A DNA stretch of 64,000 nucleotides from Mobula hypostoma (lineage: Eukaryota), in assembly GCF_963921235.1 (NCBI RefSeq), contig NC_086108.1, positions 100,504,001 to 100,568,000 on the forward strand, read 5' to 3'. The translations under genes and the position numbers were made by a program. Within the stretch, counting starts at the first letter, position 1, and each line of letters opens with the position of its first letter. Of the stretch, positions 13,684 through 25,170 are shown piece by piece. The notes under the pieces are model-generated. The model did not search any database. It worked only from the letters and a program-made list of their open reading frames with translations, and was not told the DNA's origin.

Positions 13684-14329
13684 TTTAAACAACTCTTAGA
13701 TTATTGTTGAGGGTGAAATTGACTCTTTACAGTCAGAACTGGCCCTCAAGTGTGATGTTAATGGGCAATGGATAACGAGAGTAGAATAATTGGAATGGCT
13801 ATCTCAGAGAGAGATTTTGTGACATCTGAACAGCATCATCATCATCTGCAGCAGGAGTTCTCAAAGGAATAGCTGTTGCTATTGCATTTGAAGCAGAGTC
13901 CGCTCATAGAAATAAAGGTCTTTTCCCCTTTTAGAATGTGCATTGGTGTGACATTTGCACGCCTTCGCATTATGCAAAAGAGCTTTGCTGCCAATTTTTA
14001 ATCACTGTTATTATGTGGGAACCCATGGCCAGGTAATCAGATTAATGACTCAATCATATTTTTCATTGCTGATGTTGCCAAAAGGACAAGTCCTCTGCCA
14101 GGACATTGGGATAATTCCTTTTTATCTTCTTCTTTCATTAAAATGCTCTTTATCACCTCATCCAAGAAGATGGCCCTTGACTAATTCATATTCCTTCTGT
14201 AATCAGACTCTTGAACAGACTTCTCACATGCTGTTGACCTTTCAGTCTACCTCTCTGTGACCCTTGCACTTGTTTACCTACACTGCACTTTCCCTATAGC
14301 TACAGCACCGCATTCTGTCTTTTCCTTTA

Positions 14330-15050
14330 AGGCTGATTTATACTTGTGCGTCAAATGTATGCCGTAGGTACAGCATAGCCGCGAACCCTACGCTGTATCT
14401 ACACTGAACCCTACGCCATAGCCTAACGCGCACCTCTCCCAAAATGTAACTACACGTCGCAACAACTGTGATTGGTTGGCTTGGTAGCATCGCATTTCCT
14501 CCTACGCTGCAATAGCTTCCCATTGGGCGACTGAAGGGCAGGGAAGGAACTCTGGCTGCAATGCTTTCCATAAAGCTTTACAGACCTCCGAAATTATGCA
14601 GCACCCTGTGCTTGACGCCAGTTTGTAGCCAGCTGCAAACTAGCCTGTTGACTTCCACCTGAAGCTAAAACTCGAATGGTGATTGCCAGTCTCTGAGTAT
14701 ACTGTGCATACACTGATGCAAAATAAATGGTTGGAGACGAACCAAATCGTCAAATCTACCTGCCGACATCCGAAAATATTTGAAATGCATTTCCTCGTCT
14801 ATGTCTCTCAGTGGCTGGACAAGCACAGGAAATTTACCCTCCTTCAGTTTCAGTCGCCATTGTTTGAAGTTTGAGTTTCTTCGTGTTGAAACTCAACACA
14901 GTGGCCTAGAAACCCCACCGCCAACTAGCGTTTTGGCGGTGAATTGCAGAGCGACGCAGCCACACCAACGCACAAGTATAAGTGCTCACAACGGCGTAGC
15001 CCACACGTAGGCTGCAGCGTAAGCTAGTACGCACAAGTATAAATCAGCCT
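14330..15050. mobile_element. PIF/Harbinger-type MITE
   Basis: Perfect 22-bp TIRs aggctgatttatacttgtgcgt (14330-14351 and 15029-15050), TTA on both flanks (14327-14329, 15051-15053), no transposase ORF. Confidence 0.9.
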
Positions 15051-15083
15051 TTACTGTCTAGAAGTATTTATGTGTGGCATGAC

Positions 15084-15085
<2 letters not shown>

Positions 15086-15119
<34 letters not shown>

Positions 15120-15124
15120 GCACG

Positions 15125-15177
<53 letters not shown>

Positions 15178-15197
15178 ACACACTCACACACTCACAC
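15086..15197. repeat. (CA)n microsatellite with (CACG)n interruption
   Basis: Read directly from the sequence. Confidence 0.98.
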
Positions 15198-15199
15198 TC

Positions 15200-15722
15200 C
15201 CAAATACAGGAAAATTTGCAGATACTGGAAACCGAAAGCAAAACAGCAGGCCAGGCAGCATCTGTCCACTGTCTATGAGCTCCTCTCCTGCCACAATGAA
15301 GCTACAGTCAGGTTTGAGGAGCAGCATCTTTTAATCCATCTGAGTAGCCTCCAACCTGATGCCATGAACATTGATTTCACAGAATTCTGGTAAATACCCC
15401 CTCCCCTCCTTCACCATTCCCCATTCCTGTTTCGCTCTCTCACCATATCTCCTTACCTGCCTATCACCTCCCTCTGGTGCTCCTCCCCCTTCCCTTTCTT
15501 CCATGGTCTTCTGTCCTCTCCTATCAGATTTCCCTCTCTCCTGGTTTCACCTATCACCTGCCACCTTGTACTTCTTCTTCCTCCGCCCCCCCACCTTCTT
15601 AATCTGTCTCCTTCCCCCTTCCTTTCCAGTCCTGATGAAGGGTCTTGACCCAAAATGTCAACTGTTTACTCTTTTCCATAGATGCTGTTTGGCTTACTGG
15701 GTTCCTCCAGCATTTGGTGTTC
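15200..15722 (+). mobile_element. Neptune-like PLE remnant: inverted terminal piece, GIY-YIG C-terminus, CT-rich 3'UTR and hammerhead-like motif
   Basis: 'EEQHLLIHLSSLQPDAMNIDF' at about 15315-15378; agtc-ctgatga-agggtcttgaccc-aaaatgtc-aact at 15628-15663. Confidence 0.75.
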
Positions 15723-15794
15723 GCTAGTCCCAATTGCCTTCATTCAGCCAATCCCCTCCCAGCCCCACCCCTCCACATACCTATCCAAATGCTT

Positions 15795-17956
15795 ATGTCA
15801 TTGAAGCATTTGTCATTTTACATCCTAGTCATTTCATATCATGCAATAGTAAATCAAGGCAGCTGGACCTGCTGTGTTGTTTAGAAGATATTTCACCAAT
15901 TATCCAAGAGGTCTCTTCAATTCTGACACACGGTGGGAAGTTTCTCAGTTTATAAACTCTGAGTTGTTTAAAGGTTTAGCAATCACATGAGGGCTGTTTA
16001 AAGTCGTAGAGGTAATAGGTGGGTCATTAGTCTTATCTTTGCCGGGGTAGAGATGTTAGGACTGCTCTGTAAGTGGCTGAGAGGTGGCGTCATAGCCCAC
16101 CCCCCCATTCAGGGATGGGTTTTCCAGTTTGACAAAGAATATCACCATCTTACCAGCAGACTAAAGAAGGTGTACTATTGTTCTCAACAAATAAGATTAC
16201 CGCTACAAAGTATACACGCTTCCTAACGATACTAAAATATATGAAGTACTTAAGGGGGATCCTACAGCAGCTACAAGAAGAAGATCATAGACCATTTGCA
16301 ACATTTAGAGAAAAACAAAGTCATTGATCAGGCCTTGTATCATTGCCTTTATCTGGGAGACACCATCTGATCCTTACACGGACTCCCCAAGAATCGCAAG
16401 CTGGGAGTCCCTCTCAGGCCAATCGTGAGCAGCGATAACTCAATTACTTACAACATTGCGATATGCCTTACCACCATTCTTAATCCTTTGGTCAGCAACA
16501 TTCCACACCACATCCAAAATTCCAAGGACGTTGTCCAGTAAGTTCGGCACCTGAAGCTGAATACAGATGAGACCATGGTGTCCACATCAGAAGCTATCAA
16601 GACAGCAAGAACATGGCTACATCAGGATGGTACCCTGGACAGTAGAACCACACTCAAATCAGATCAGGTATGTATTCTACTCAACCTTTGCCTCAACACT
16701 ACCTATTTCAAATACAACATGTCTTCTACAGGCAGAAACACAGTGCACCATGGGTTCACCAGTGTCTCCTATTTTAGCCAACTTATACATGGAAGAAGTA
16801 GAAAGGACAGCCTTTGACACCTTCCATGGAACATCACCCAGTCATTGGTTCAGGTACGTGGATAACACTTGGGTCAAGATCAAAACCCATGAGGTGCAAG
16901 CCTTCGCAGAATACATCAATTCAGTGGATAATAACATCAAATTTACACGAGAAGACATTGAATACAATAGACTGGCTTTTTTAGACTGTGCAATACTTCT
17001 CAAAAAAAATGGACATCTAGATATTGAAGTTTATAGGAAACCAACCCACACAGATCAATACCTACGATTTGACTCTCATCACACACTAGAACATAAGTTG
17101 GGGTTATCAGAACACTACATCACCGCGCCGAGAATGTGCCCACCAACATGACAGCTAAAGACAAGGAGCGCAAGTATTTGAGAGAAGCCTTGAAAGCGTG
17201 CGGCTCCCCTGACTGGGCCTTCGTCAAGGCAGCAACAAAAACCAGCAGGGACATTGCTGCAACAGGGCAGAGGTAGGGACCAAAGTAGACGGTAAAACAT
17301 AGTTATAGAAAAAGTCAAGATAGTCAACAAACACCAAATCCCTCTGTTTTTAAAACCTACAAACACACTCAGACAGAAACATGTCCACTCCAAGGATCCT
17401 ACGCTCAAATATCAACAGAGAAATATTGCATATGCTATCCAATACATAGGTCTGTATATCGGAAAGACAAAACAACATCTTCACAAACAGATGGCCCAAC
17501 ATGGGAGGACTAACACCTCAGGTCGAGACTCGGCTCTATATCTACACCTAAAGGATAAGGGACACTCCTTTGCTGATAACAATGTGCACATTTTGGACAG
17601 GGAGGACAGGTGGTTTGAAAGAGAGGTTAAAGAAGCCTTCTTTGTCAAACTGGAAAACCCATCCCTGAACAGAAAGGGTGGGCTACGACAAATCCTATCA
17701 GCTACTTACAATGCAGTCCCAACATCTCTACCTCAGCACCTCCATTCTTGGAACGTATTAAGATTTATGACCCTCTCATTACCTCTACAACTTTTAACAA
17801 CCCTCGTGTGATTGCTATACCTTTAAACAGCTCACAGCGTTTATAAGCCAAAAGACTATCCACAATGGATCAGAACTGAAGAAGCCTCTCGGATGAGTGG
17901 CAAAATGTTTTCTAGCCAACACAGCAAGTCCAGTTGCCTTGATTTACTTTTGCTTG
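15795..17956 (+). mobile_element. Poseidon-type Penelope-like element (RT + GIY-YIG, degenerate) with inverted pseudo-LTR
   Basis: 'MGSPVSPILANLYME', 'WFRYVDNTW', 'VYRKPTHTDQYL', 'HILDREDRWFEREVKEA'; 15848-16140 is an inverted copy of 17640-17948; TSD ctatccaaatgctt at 15781-15794 and 17957-17970. Confidence 0.92.
17872..17913 (+). ncRNA. Degenerate minimal hammerhead ribozyme motif in the PLE pseudo-LTR (inverted copy at 15883-15924)
   Basis: agaa-ctgaaga-a-gcctctcggatgagtggc-[a]aaa-tgtt-ttct; the inverted copy retains GAAA and the UC site. Confidence 0.6.
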
Positions 17957-18613
17957 CTATCCAAATGCTTCTTAAATGATACTATTGCATCTACCTCAAC
18001 CAGTTCCTCTAGCAGCTCATTCCATCCTCTGCGTGAAAGGGTTGCCCCTCAGATCCAATTTAAAACTTTCCCTCTCTCCCTAAACCTCTGTCCCCTACTT
18101 TTGAACTTCTCTACACTGGGGAAAAGGCTGCTACCATTCAAAGTTTAAGTTCAAAATAGATTTACTGACTAAGTACATACGGTGTGTATGTCACCACATA
18201 CAAACCAGAGATTCATTCTCTTATGGGCTTTCACAGTAAATACAAGAAACGCAATTTCTAGAAGTAAATCTTGGTAGATATGACAATAATAGGCTAGTAC
18301 TGCAAATATTTTCCCTCTGCACTGTATAGGAATGTGGGTAGCGGTATCGGGATACGTTTCTACCAAAAGAGGTTTAAGGCACCCCTTCCCTCTGCTGGTC
18401 TTGCGGTCACCCTTGGGTGAGATGGGGCACCTGCTTAGCCCACCCGCAGTCAGGATCACGTGAAGTCATGGGAGCAAGTGGTGGATGGTCATACGAGCAG
18501 CATCACAAGTCCTGCTTATGTGACCACTGACGTCAGGCAATCTCTGAAGAGTATTGATAATGGCTGGAGTCACCCATCTTGTAAAGACACTGCCCTGAAG
18601 AATGGCAAAGCAC

Positions 18614-18790
18614 AAACACGAGGAATTCTGCAGAAGCTGGAAATTCAAGCAAAAACACATATCAAAGTTGCTGGTGAACGCAGCAGGCCAGGCAGCATCT
18701 CTAGGAAGAGGTATAGTCGACGTTTCGGGCCGAGACCTTTAGTCCTGACGAAGGGTCTCGGCCTGAAACATCGACTGTACCTCTTCCTAG
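18614..18790. mobile_element. PLE-derived fold-back mini-element with TSD
   Basis: TSD agaatggcaaagcac at 18599-18613 and 18789-18803; internal inverted repeat of about 40 bp. Confidence 0.9.
18741..18776 (+). ncRNA. Minimal type I hammerhead ribozyme motif
   Basis: Stem I AGUC/GACU, core CUGACGA (18745-18751), stem II GGGUC/GGCCU, GAAA (18765-18768), UC site (18771-18772). Stem III reads ACAU here and ACGU in the inverted half-copy. Confidence 0.75.
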
Positions 18791-19029
18791 AATGGCAAAG
18801 CACTTTTGTGGAAAAATTTGCCAAGAACAATCATGGTCCCGGGATGATCGCCCAAGTCATGCAACACAGCACATATGAGGATGGTATTGGAATAACAGGT
18901 CAGGCTATGTGTTTATCTACATATCTGGAATTAGTTCAGCACTCCAACCTCTGATACAGGAACAAGCACCATCTTAAAATGTTTATCCAGCACTGTGAAC
19001 AATGAGATTACCACTTCCAATTCAAGGAT

Positions 19030-19440
19030 TGGTATTGGAATTGGTTTATTATTGTCACATGTACCAGGATAGAGTGGAAACCTTGTCTTGCATACTGTTC
19101 ATACAGATCAGATCATTACACAGTGCATTGAGGTAGAACAAGGTTAGACAATAACAATGCAGAATAAAGTGTAACAGCTACCAAAAAAGTGCAGTGCAGG
19201 TAAACGATAAAATGCAAGGTCATAATGAGGTAGATTGTGGGGCCAAGAGTCCATTTTATCATAAGGGTGGTCCACTCAAGATTCTGATAACAGTAGGATA
19301 GTAGCCGTCCTTGAGACTGCTCTCAGACTCTTGTATCTTCTGCCCTATGGGAGAAGGGGGAAGAGAGAATGTCCTGGGTGGGTGGGGTATTTGAGTATGC
19401 TTGCTGCTTTACTGAGGCAGCAAGAAGAATAGACAGGGTC
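19030..19440 (-). mobile_element. Rex1-type LINE 3' remnant
   Basis: - strand tail tgtgacaataataaaccaattccaata, and degenerate C-terminal sequence with LP/SGRR-like character. Confidence 0.5.
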
Positions 19441-19559
19441 CACAGAGTCCTTAGTGGACAGTATCTACCCAGCAAACTGCTGTTTCCGAAAACTCCCTTT
19501 TGGAAAGCTCTATAGGGCTGTGACGACAAAAGTATCCCTATAGAGCTTTATGTAAGACA

Positions 19560-22365
19560 GGTAGAGTTTTATAATCATCATGAGAGGTCATTCGTTGGTG
19601 AGGCTGCACAAGGTTTAAAAAAGGATTGGAGCCTTTTGGTACTTTTCATTGGGCTACAATCATCACAAGATGTCGTTTTCTGGCGAGACTGTGCAAGGTT
19701 TAAAAAGAGCATGGGGCCTTTGGAACCTACTGGTGGGCTGCAATCATTGTGATCTTTCAGGCACTCAGCAGGGGCCAATGAAAAGAAATGTGATGTAAGT
19801 GGAGCGGCCATTGTGGGAGTGGGTCAGTGTTAGAGTGGTCAGGCTTTGGCTCAACAGGCACAGACTAGAGCTGTCAAGGTCAAAGAACTGGAGCAGAAAC
19901 TGTAGATACTCAGGACCATCTGAGACGCTGAAAAGCTCATAGATGAGACTTTTGCAGAGGTGGTCACACCCAGAATGCAGGCTTTAGATAGTAGATGGGT
20001 GACCACCAGGAGAAGCAAAGCTTGTAAGCAGTTCATACAGGTTCCCCATTGGCACTCCCCTCAGCACCAAGTATACCCTTTTGGATACTACTGGGGGTGG
20101 AGGGAATGAACTATCAGGACACTGCAGAAGCAGACAGGCCAGTGGCACAATGGCTGACTCTGAGGTTCAGCAGGGAAGGGTAAAGCCAGGCAGAGTGATA
20201 GTGATAAGAGACTTGATAGTCAGGGACAGGAGATTCAGTGGGTGCGAGAAAGATGTCAGGATACCTTCCAGATCTTAGGGTCCAGGACGTCTCAGAACTT
20301 CTGCAGAAGATTCTCAAGAGGGAGGGTGAATAGCCAGAAGCCATGGGCACCAATGAGATAGGTAGAAAAGAGGAAGAGGTCCTTTGTAGGGAGTATAGGA
20401 GTTAGGGAAGTGGCTGAAGAGAGGGATCTCCAAGGTAATAATCTCCAGATTATTCCCAGTACCAAATGCTAGTGAGGGCAGGAATAGGATGATACAGATG
20501 AATGAATGGCTGAGGAAGTGGTGCAGGGTTTCCTCAAGGAGAAATCTTCCCTGACAAATCTGTTGGATTTCTTTGAGGGAATAACAGTCAGGATAGACAA
20601 AGGAGTGAGCGGTTGTTATTCACTAAGATTTACAGAAGTCCTTTGACAAGATGCTGCATGTGAGGTTTCTTAACAGGATAAAAGCCCATTGTGTTAGAGG
20701 AACCTTAAGATTGTTATAGTCAGGGGAGGTAGTGGGAATAAGTTTCCGTTAATGCTCCCAGTGGCATACACCTCAAATAGCCTCTGCCAACCATGTCCAG
20801 CTCCTGTTCTTCACATGTGGCTTAGTTAATAAGCCCGGTGGAGCCATTTCTACTTACAGAAGAAAGGGCAAGGGCAGGTTACTGGTGCCTTAAAACCAGT
20901 CACTTGGGGAAGATGGGGCTTATCAGCCATGGTAGGCAGCTCGTCTAAGAGAAGGAAAACTCTGATGTCAAAGCTCTGCCGCCTTGCAGTTATACCCACT
21001 CAGGGGGAAGGCTTCAGAATTAAACCCTGAGGAGAAATCCAGAGCGAGTCCCAAAGACAGTCCTGCATTGCGTTCCACACTGACTGGCACCTCATGCAAT
21101 ATCACTGGTACCAAACCGTATCACCCACTGCCCATTCCTTCTGGTTCATCAGCGACGTGAAGAGGAGGAGCCTGCTCGCTATATCGTAGTGCCCCAGCTT
21201 GCGCATCACGTAGGGAGCTTGACTGCAACACCCGTGGTCAATCCCAACCAATGGAGGGCCTCACTAGCATGGATGAAACACAGGTCGGCTGGTAGGAAGC
21301 AAAGAATGGGAATAAAGGGGGCTATTCTGGTTGGCTGCCAGTGACTATTGGTGTTCTGCAGAAGTCGATATTAGGATCACTACTTTTCACATTATATGCC
21401 AACGATTAGGATGATGGAATTGACAGCTTTGTGGCCAAGCTTGTAGATGATACAACCGTAGGTGGAATGGCAGGTAGTTTTGAGGAAGAAGGGGGTCTGT
21501 AGAAAGACTTAGACAGGTTGGGAAAATGGGCTAAGACGTGGCAGTGGAATATAATGCAGGAAAGTGAACGGTCATGCAGTTTGGTAGGTAGAAGGAATAA
21601 AGGCATAGAATATTTTATAAACAGGAATAAAATTCAAAAATCTGAGGTGCAAAGGGACTTGGGGCTCCTCGTGCAGGATTTCCTAAAGGTTAACTTGTAG
21701 GTTGAATCAGTGGTAAGGAAGGCAAATGCAGAATTAGCATTAATTTCAAGAGGATTAAAATGTAAGAGGAAAGATGCAATGCTGAGGCTTTATGAGGCTT
21801 TGGCCAGACCATATTTGGAGTATTTTGAGCAGGTTTATGCCCCTTATCTATGAAAAGATGTGATAGCATTGAAAAGGATCCAGAAGAGGTTCACAAACAT
21901 GATTCAGGGAATGAAAGGAGCGTTTGGTGATTCTGGGTCTATAATCACTGGAGTTTAGAAGAATGAGGAGGCATCTCATTGAAACCTAATGAATATTGAA
22001 AGAACTAGATAGAGTGGGCATGGAGAGATGTTTCCTATAGTAGGTGAATCTGGAACCAGAGGGCACACCCTCAGAATAGACAGACATCCACCTAGAACAA
22101 GGATGAGGAGTGATTTTTTTTATATGCCACAAGGTGGTGAATCTGTGGATTTCATTGCCACAGAAGGCTATGGAGGCAAAGTCACTGAGTATATTTAAAG
22201 CAGAGATTGATAGGTTCTTGATTAGTCAGGACAAGAGAGGTTACGGGGAGTAGGCAGGAGAATGGGTTTGAGATGGTTAATAAATCAGCCATGATATAAT
22301 GCTGGAGCAGATCCGATGGGCCAAATGGCCTAATTCTGCTCCTACGTTTATGGTTTTATGGTCCA
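19560..22365 (+). mobile_element. Old CR1 LINE with large deletions (5'UTR repeats, ORF1 esterase remnant, ORF2 RT remnant)
   Basis: Collinear similarity to the 23888-28725 copy, including gagcggccattgt, the ORF1 region and the 3' hairpin. Confidence 0.85.
20715..21262 (+). mobile_element. Non-coding insertion inside CR1, RTE-5'UTR-like
   Basis: Interrupts CR1 RT sequence, which resumes at actagcatggat; contains gaaggaaaactctg, typical of RTE 5' regions. Confidence 0.45.
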
Positions 22366-23074
22366 ACAAATACACGCCATCTTAAAAAATTTTTCCCACA
22401 GGCGGTTAATCTGATCAACCATTCTAGTTATATACTCCACCCCTCTATTACCTCAGTCACTACCCTGCACTGTAAACACTTCAAGTAACTTTTTATAATG
22501 GTTTACATTGTAAATACCTAATGGTATTTATGTATTTATGCACATTTTATTCCATATCTGTACTTATACCTCTATTTTTATATAATTTTTATTGTTTATA
22601 ATTGTTGAATGTTGTTTTTGTTGCATGTCTTGCCCTGAACAACACACCACAGCAAACTCCTAATACGTGTAAATGTAGATGGTGAATAAAGTTGAACCTT
22701 GGTCCTTAATTTCTTTATTTTCTTGTAAATGCCTGTGAGAAGATGAATCTTAAATTGGTATAAGGTAAATATGAATTGGTTAATAGAGATTTGATAATAA
22801 AATAGTTCCCGGAGAGAAGGCTGGTTCCTGTGATGTATTGAGCTGTGCGCACAATTTGGCTTTAGCAAGGAGAAGATGTTTCACTATTATTCTCTGTAAT
22901 TTTTTTTGCACGGGAACAATGACATCAGAGCTCCCAGTAGCTGAGATGAGTAACATAACCTAGAACTAAGTGAAGGCATAGCAATCAAGCTAATGAACAG
23001 AACAAGATTACATTCACTTCGAGGCTGATGTGCTGTCAAATACCTGGGGTTGCACACATTTATTGCTGCTCCTA

Positions 23075-23093
23075 TGCTGCCATCTAGTGGACA
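23075..23093 (-). promoter_or_regulatory. Candidate CTCF binding site
   Basis: - strand reads TGTCCACTAGATGGCAGCA, matching the CTCF core CCASYAGRKGGCRS; lies in repeat-free DNA. Confidence 0.65.
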
Positions 23094-23693
23094 GTTCAAA
23101 ATAAAGCCTGCGCCAATTCCACTGCAGTTTATAGCAGCGTTTGAACTAAGATTATTCTGTACTGCAGAATTTATGTGATCTGAAGACTCATGCATTTGCG
23201 TGAATCGCTGAAGTAACAGACCAAGCATTTAAAATGAAAATCATTTTCAGTGCTCCTTTGTGCAGCAATTCATCATGTCCCAATGATGTAATTGTGCCAT
23301 AAAACTCTTTTAAGGGACAAGTGGACAGGTTTGTCTTTTTTATTTATTAGACTTCACAAATTGCTCTCCGCTGCGGTTGTGACGGTTTCCCATTCCCTAA
23401 CACAGCTTTTAAGTTGTTGACAAAAGCATTTCTTGCTGATCTGTCCAACCTGGGCAACAGGGATTATTAATCTCCCAGGGAACCATGAAGGTAAACCAGC
23501 CTGCTGCACAAATTAGGGCCCGCAGGGTTATCTAGCACAGAAGAAGGCCCTTCGGCCTAACTCGTCAATGCTGACCAAGCTGCCAACTTCAGTTATTCCC
23601 ATGTGCCTGCATTCTGTACAAATCTCTCTAAAGCTTTCTTATCAGTGTAACTGTCTAAGTATATTTTAAATGCTATGATTGTACCCACTTCAA

Positions 23694-23771
23694 CAGGGGT
23701 TCCCAATCTTTTGTATGCCATGGAGCCCCACCATTAACTGAGGGGTCTGTGGTACCCAGGCTGGTACCCTG
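23694..23771. mobile_element. Small hAT (Charlie-like) MITE
   Basis: Ends caggggttccca...tggtaccctg; right flank atctagaa fits the NTCTAGAN target, but the left flank does not match. Confidence 0.45.
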
Positions 23772-24171
23772 ATCTAGAAGGTCACCTTTCAGCCTCCAGC
23801 ACTTCCAGAGGGAAAAGAATTTCCAGCTTATCCAGTCTCTCCTTATAACTCAAGTCCTTCAGTTCCAGTAAAATTCTTGTAAATCGATTGTACGTGGCCT
23901 ATCAGCGATGTCAACAGAGCTCTACCAAGAGGGATATCTCACAGGTCGGAGGCGGTTATTTAAAAAGGGAGCTTCAAGAGCGTTTGTTCATTGTATGTGG
24001 CCTATCAGCGGCATTAACAGAGCTCTATAAAAGTACAGAAGGGGTAAGCGGAGCGGCCATTGTCGGGAGTATACCAGTGGTGAGAGTAGAAGCCACAGAC
24101 TTTGGCTCAGAAGAGACTTTGGCTAGGAAGAGGCGTCGACTCTGTGTAAAGCATCTGTTAAGGGTTTCTTT

Positions 24172-25170
24172 TTGTTTTTTTTCCTCCTCTCTTACTGTAA
24201 CTCTTTGTGCCAGATGTTGGAGAACTGGGAGACCCAGACTCTACCGGGGGACTACATCTGCGTGAAATGCATCCGGCTGCAGCTCCCCGAAGACCATTTT
24301 ACGGATCTGGAGCAGCAACAGCATGACCTTCGGCTTGTACGGGGAAGTGAGGAGATCATCGATCAGAGTTACAGGGAGGTAGTCACCCCGAAGTTGCAGG
24401 AGGCGAGTAGCTGGGTGACCGTCAGGAGAAATGGAACTAGGCAGTTAGAGCAGAGCACCCCTGTGGCCATTCCCCTCAAAAGCAAGTATACTGTTTTGGA
24501 TACTTTTGTGGGAGATGACCTCCCAGGAGAATGCCACCGCAACCAGGTTACAGGCACTGGGCATGGGTCCGTGGTGCAGAAAGGAAAGAGAGAGAAGAGA
24601 GCATTAGTGATATGGGACTCAATAGTGAGGCGAACAGCCAGGAGATTCTGTGGGTGTGAACGGGACACCCGGATGGTATGTTGCCTCCTAGCTACCAGGG
24701 TTAGGGATGTCTCAGATCGCATCCACAACATTTTGCAGAGGGAGGGAGAGCAGCCAGATGTCTTCGTACATATTGGTAACAATGACATAGGAAGGAAAAG
24801 CAATGAGTTCCTGAAAAGAGAACTTAGAGAGCTAGGTAGAAAGCTGAGAAGCGGGACCTTCAGGGGAGTAATTTCTGGATTGCTGCCTGTGCTATGCACT
24901 GATGAGGGTAGAAACAGGATGCTTCGGCAGATAAACACGTGGCTAAGAAGCTGGTGCAGGGGGCAGGGCTTCAGATTCTTGGATCATTGGGATCTCTACT
25001 GGGGGAGGTATGACCTGTTCAAAAGTGACGGGTTGCATCTGAACCCGAGGGGGACCAATAATCCTGCGGGCAAGTTTGTTAGAGCTGTTGGGGAGGGCTT
25101 AAACTACCTTGGCAGGGGAGTGGGAACTGGAGTGAAGGGACTCAGGAAAGGACGGGTGGTAAAAAAGTAA
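24172..25170 (+). pseudogene. CR1 ORF1 (zinc finger/leucine zipper + SGNH esterase-like domain); start codon uncertain
   Basis: 'DYICVKC', 'VIWDSIVR' (GDS motif mutated), 'HIGNND', 'SDGLHLN'. Confidence 0.85.

Larger units (their letters stand above)
18300..18880 (+). mobile_element. Non-autonomous repeat, possibly RTE-related; host of the 18614-18790 insertion
   Basis: Reverse-complement similar to 35040-35410 (aaatttgccaagaacaatcatggtc; gagtattgataatg; ggtggatggtc). Confidence 0.55.

Noticed and set aside
15070..15278. His/Thr-rich ORFs (HTHTHT...)
   Set aside because: Translation of the (CA)n microsatellite.
18460..18954. 164-aa ORF
   Set aside because: Chance read-through across two non-coding repeats and the TSD.
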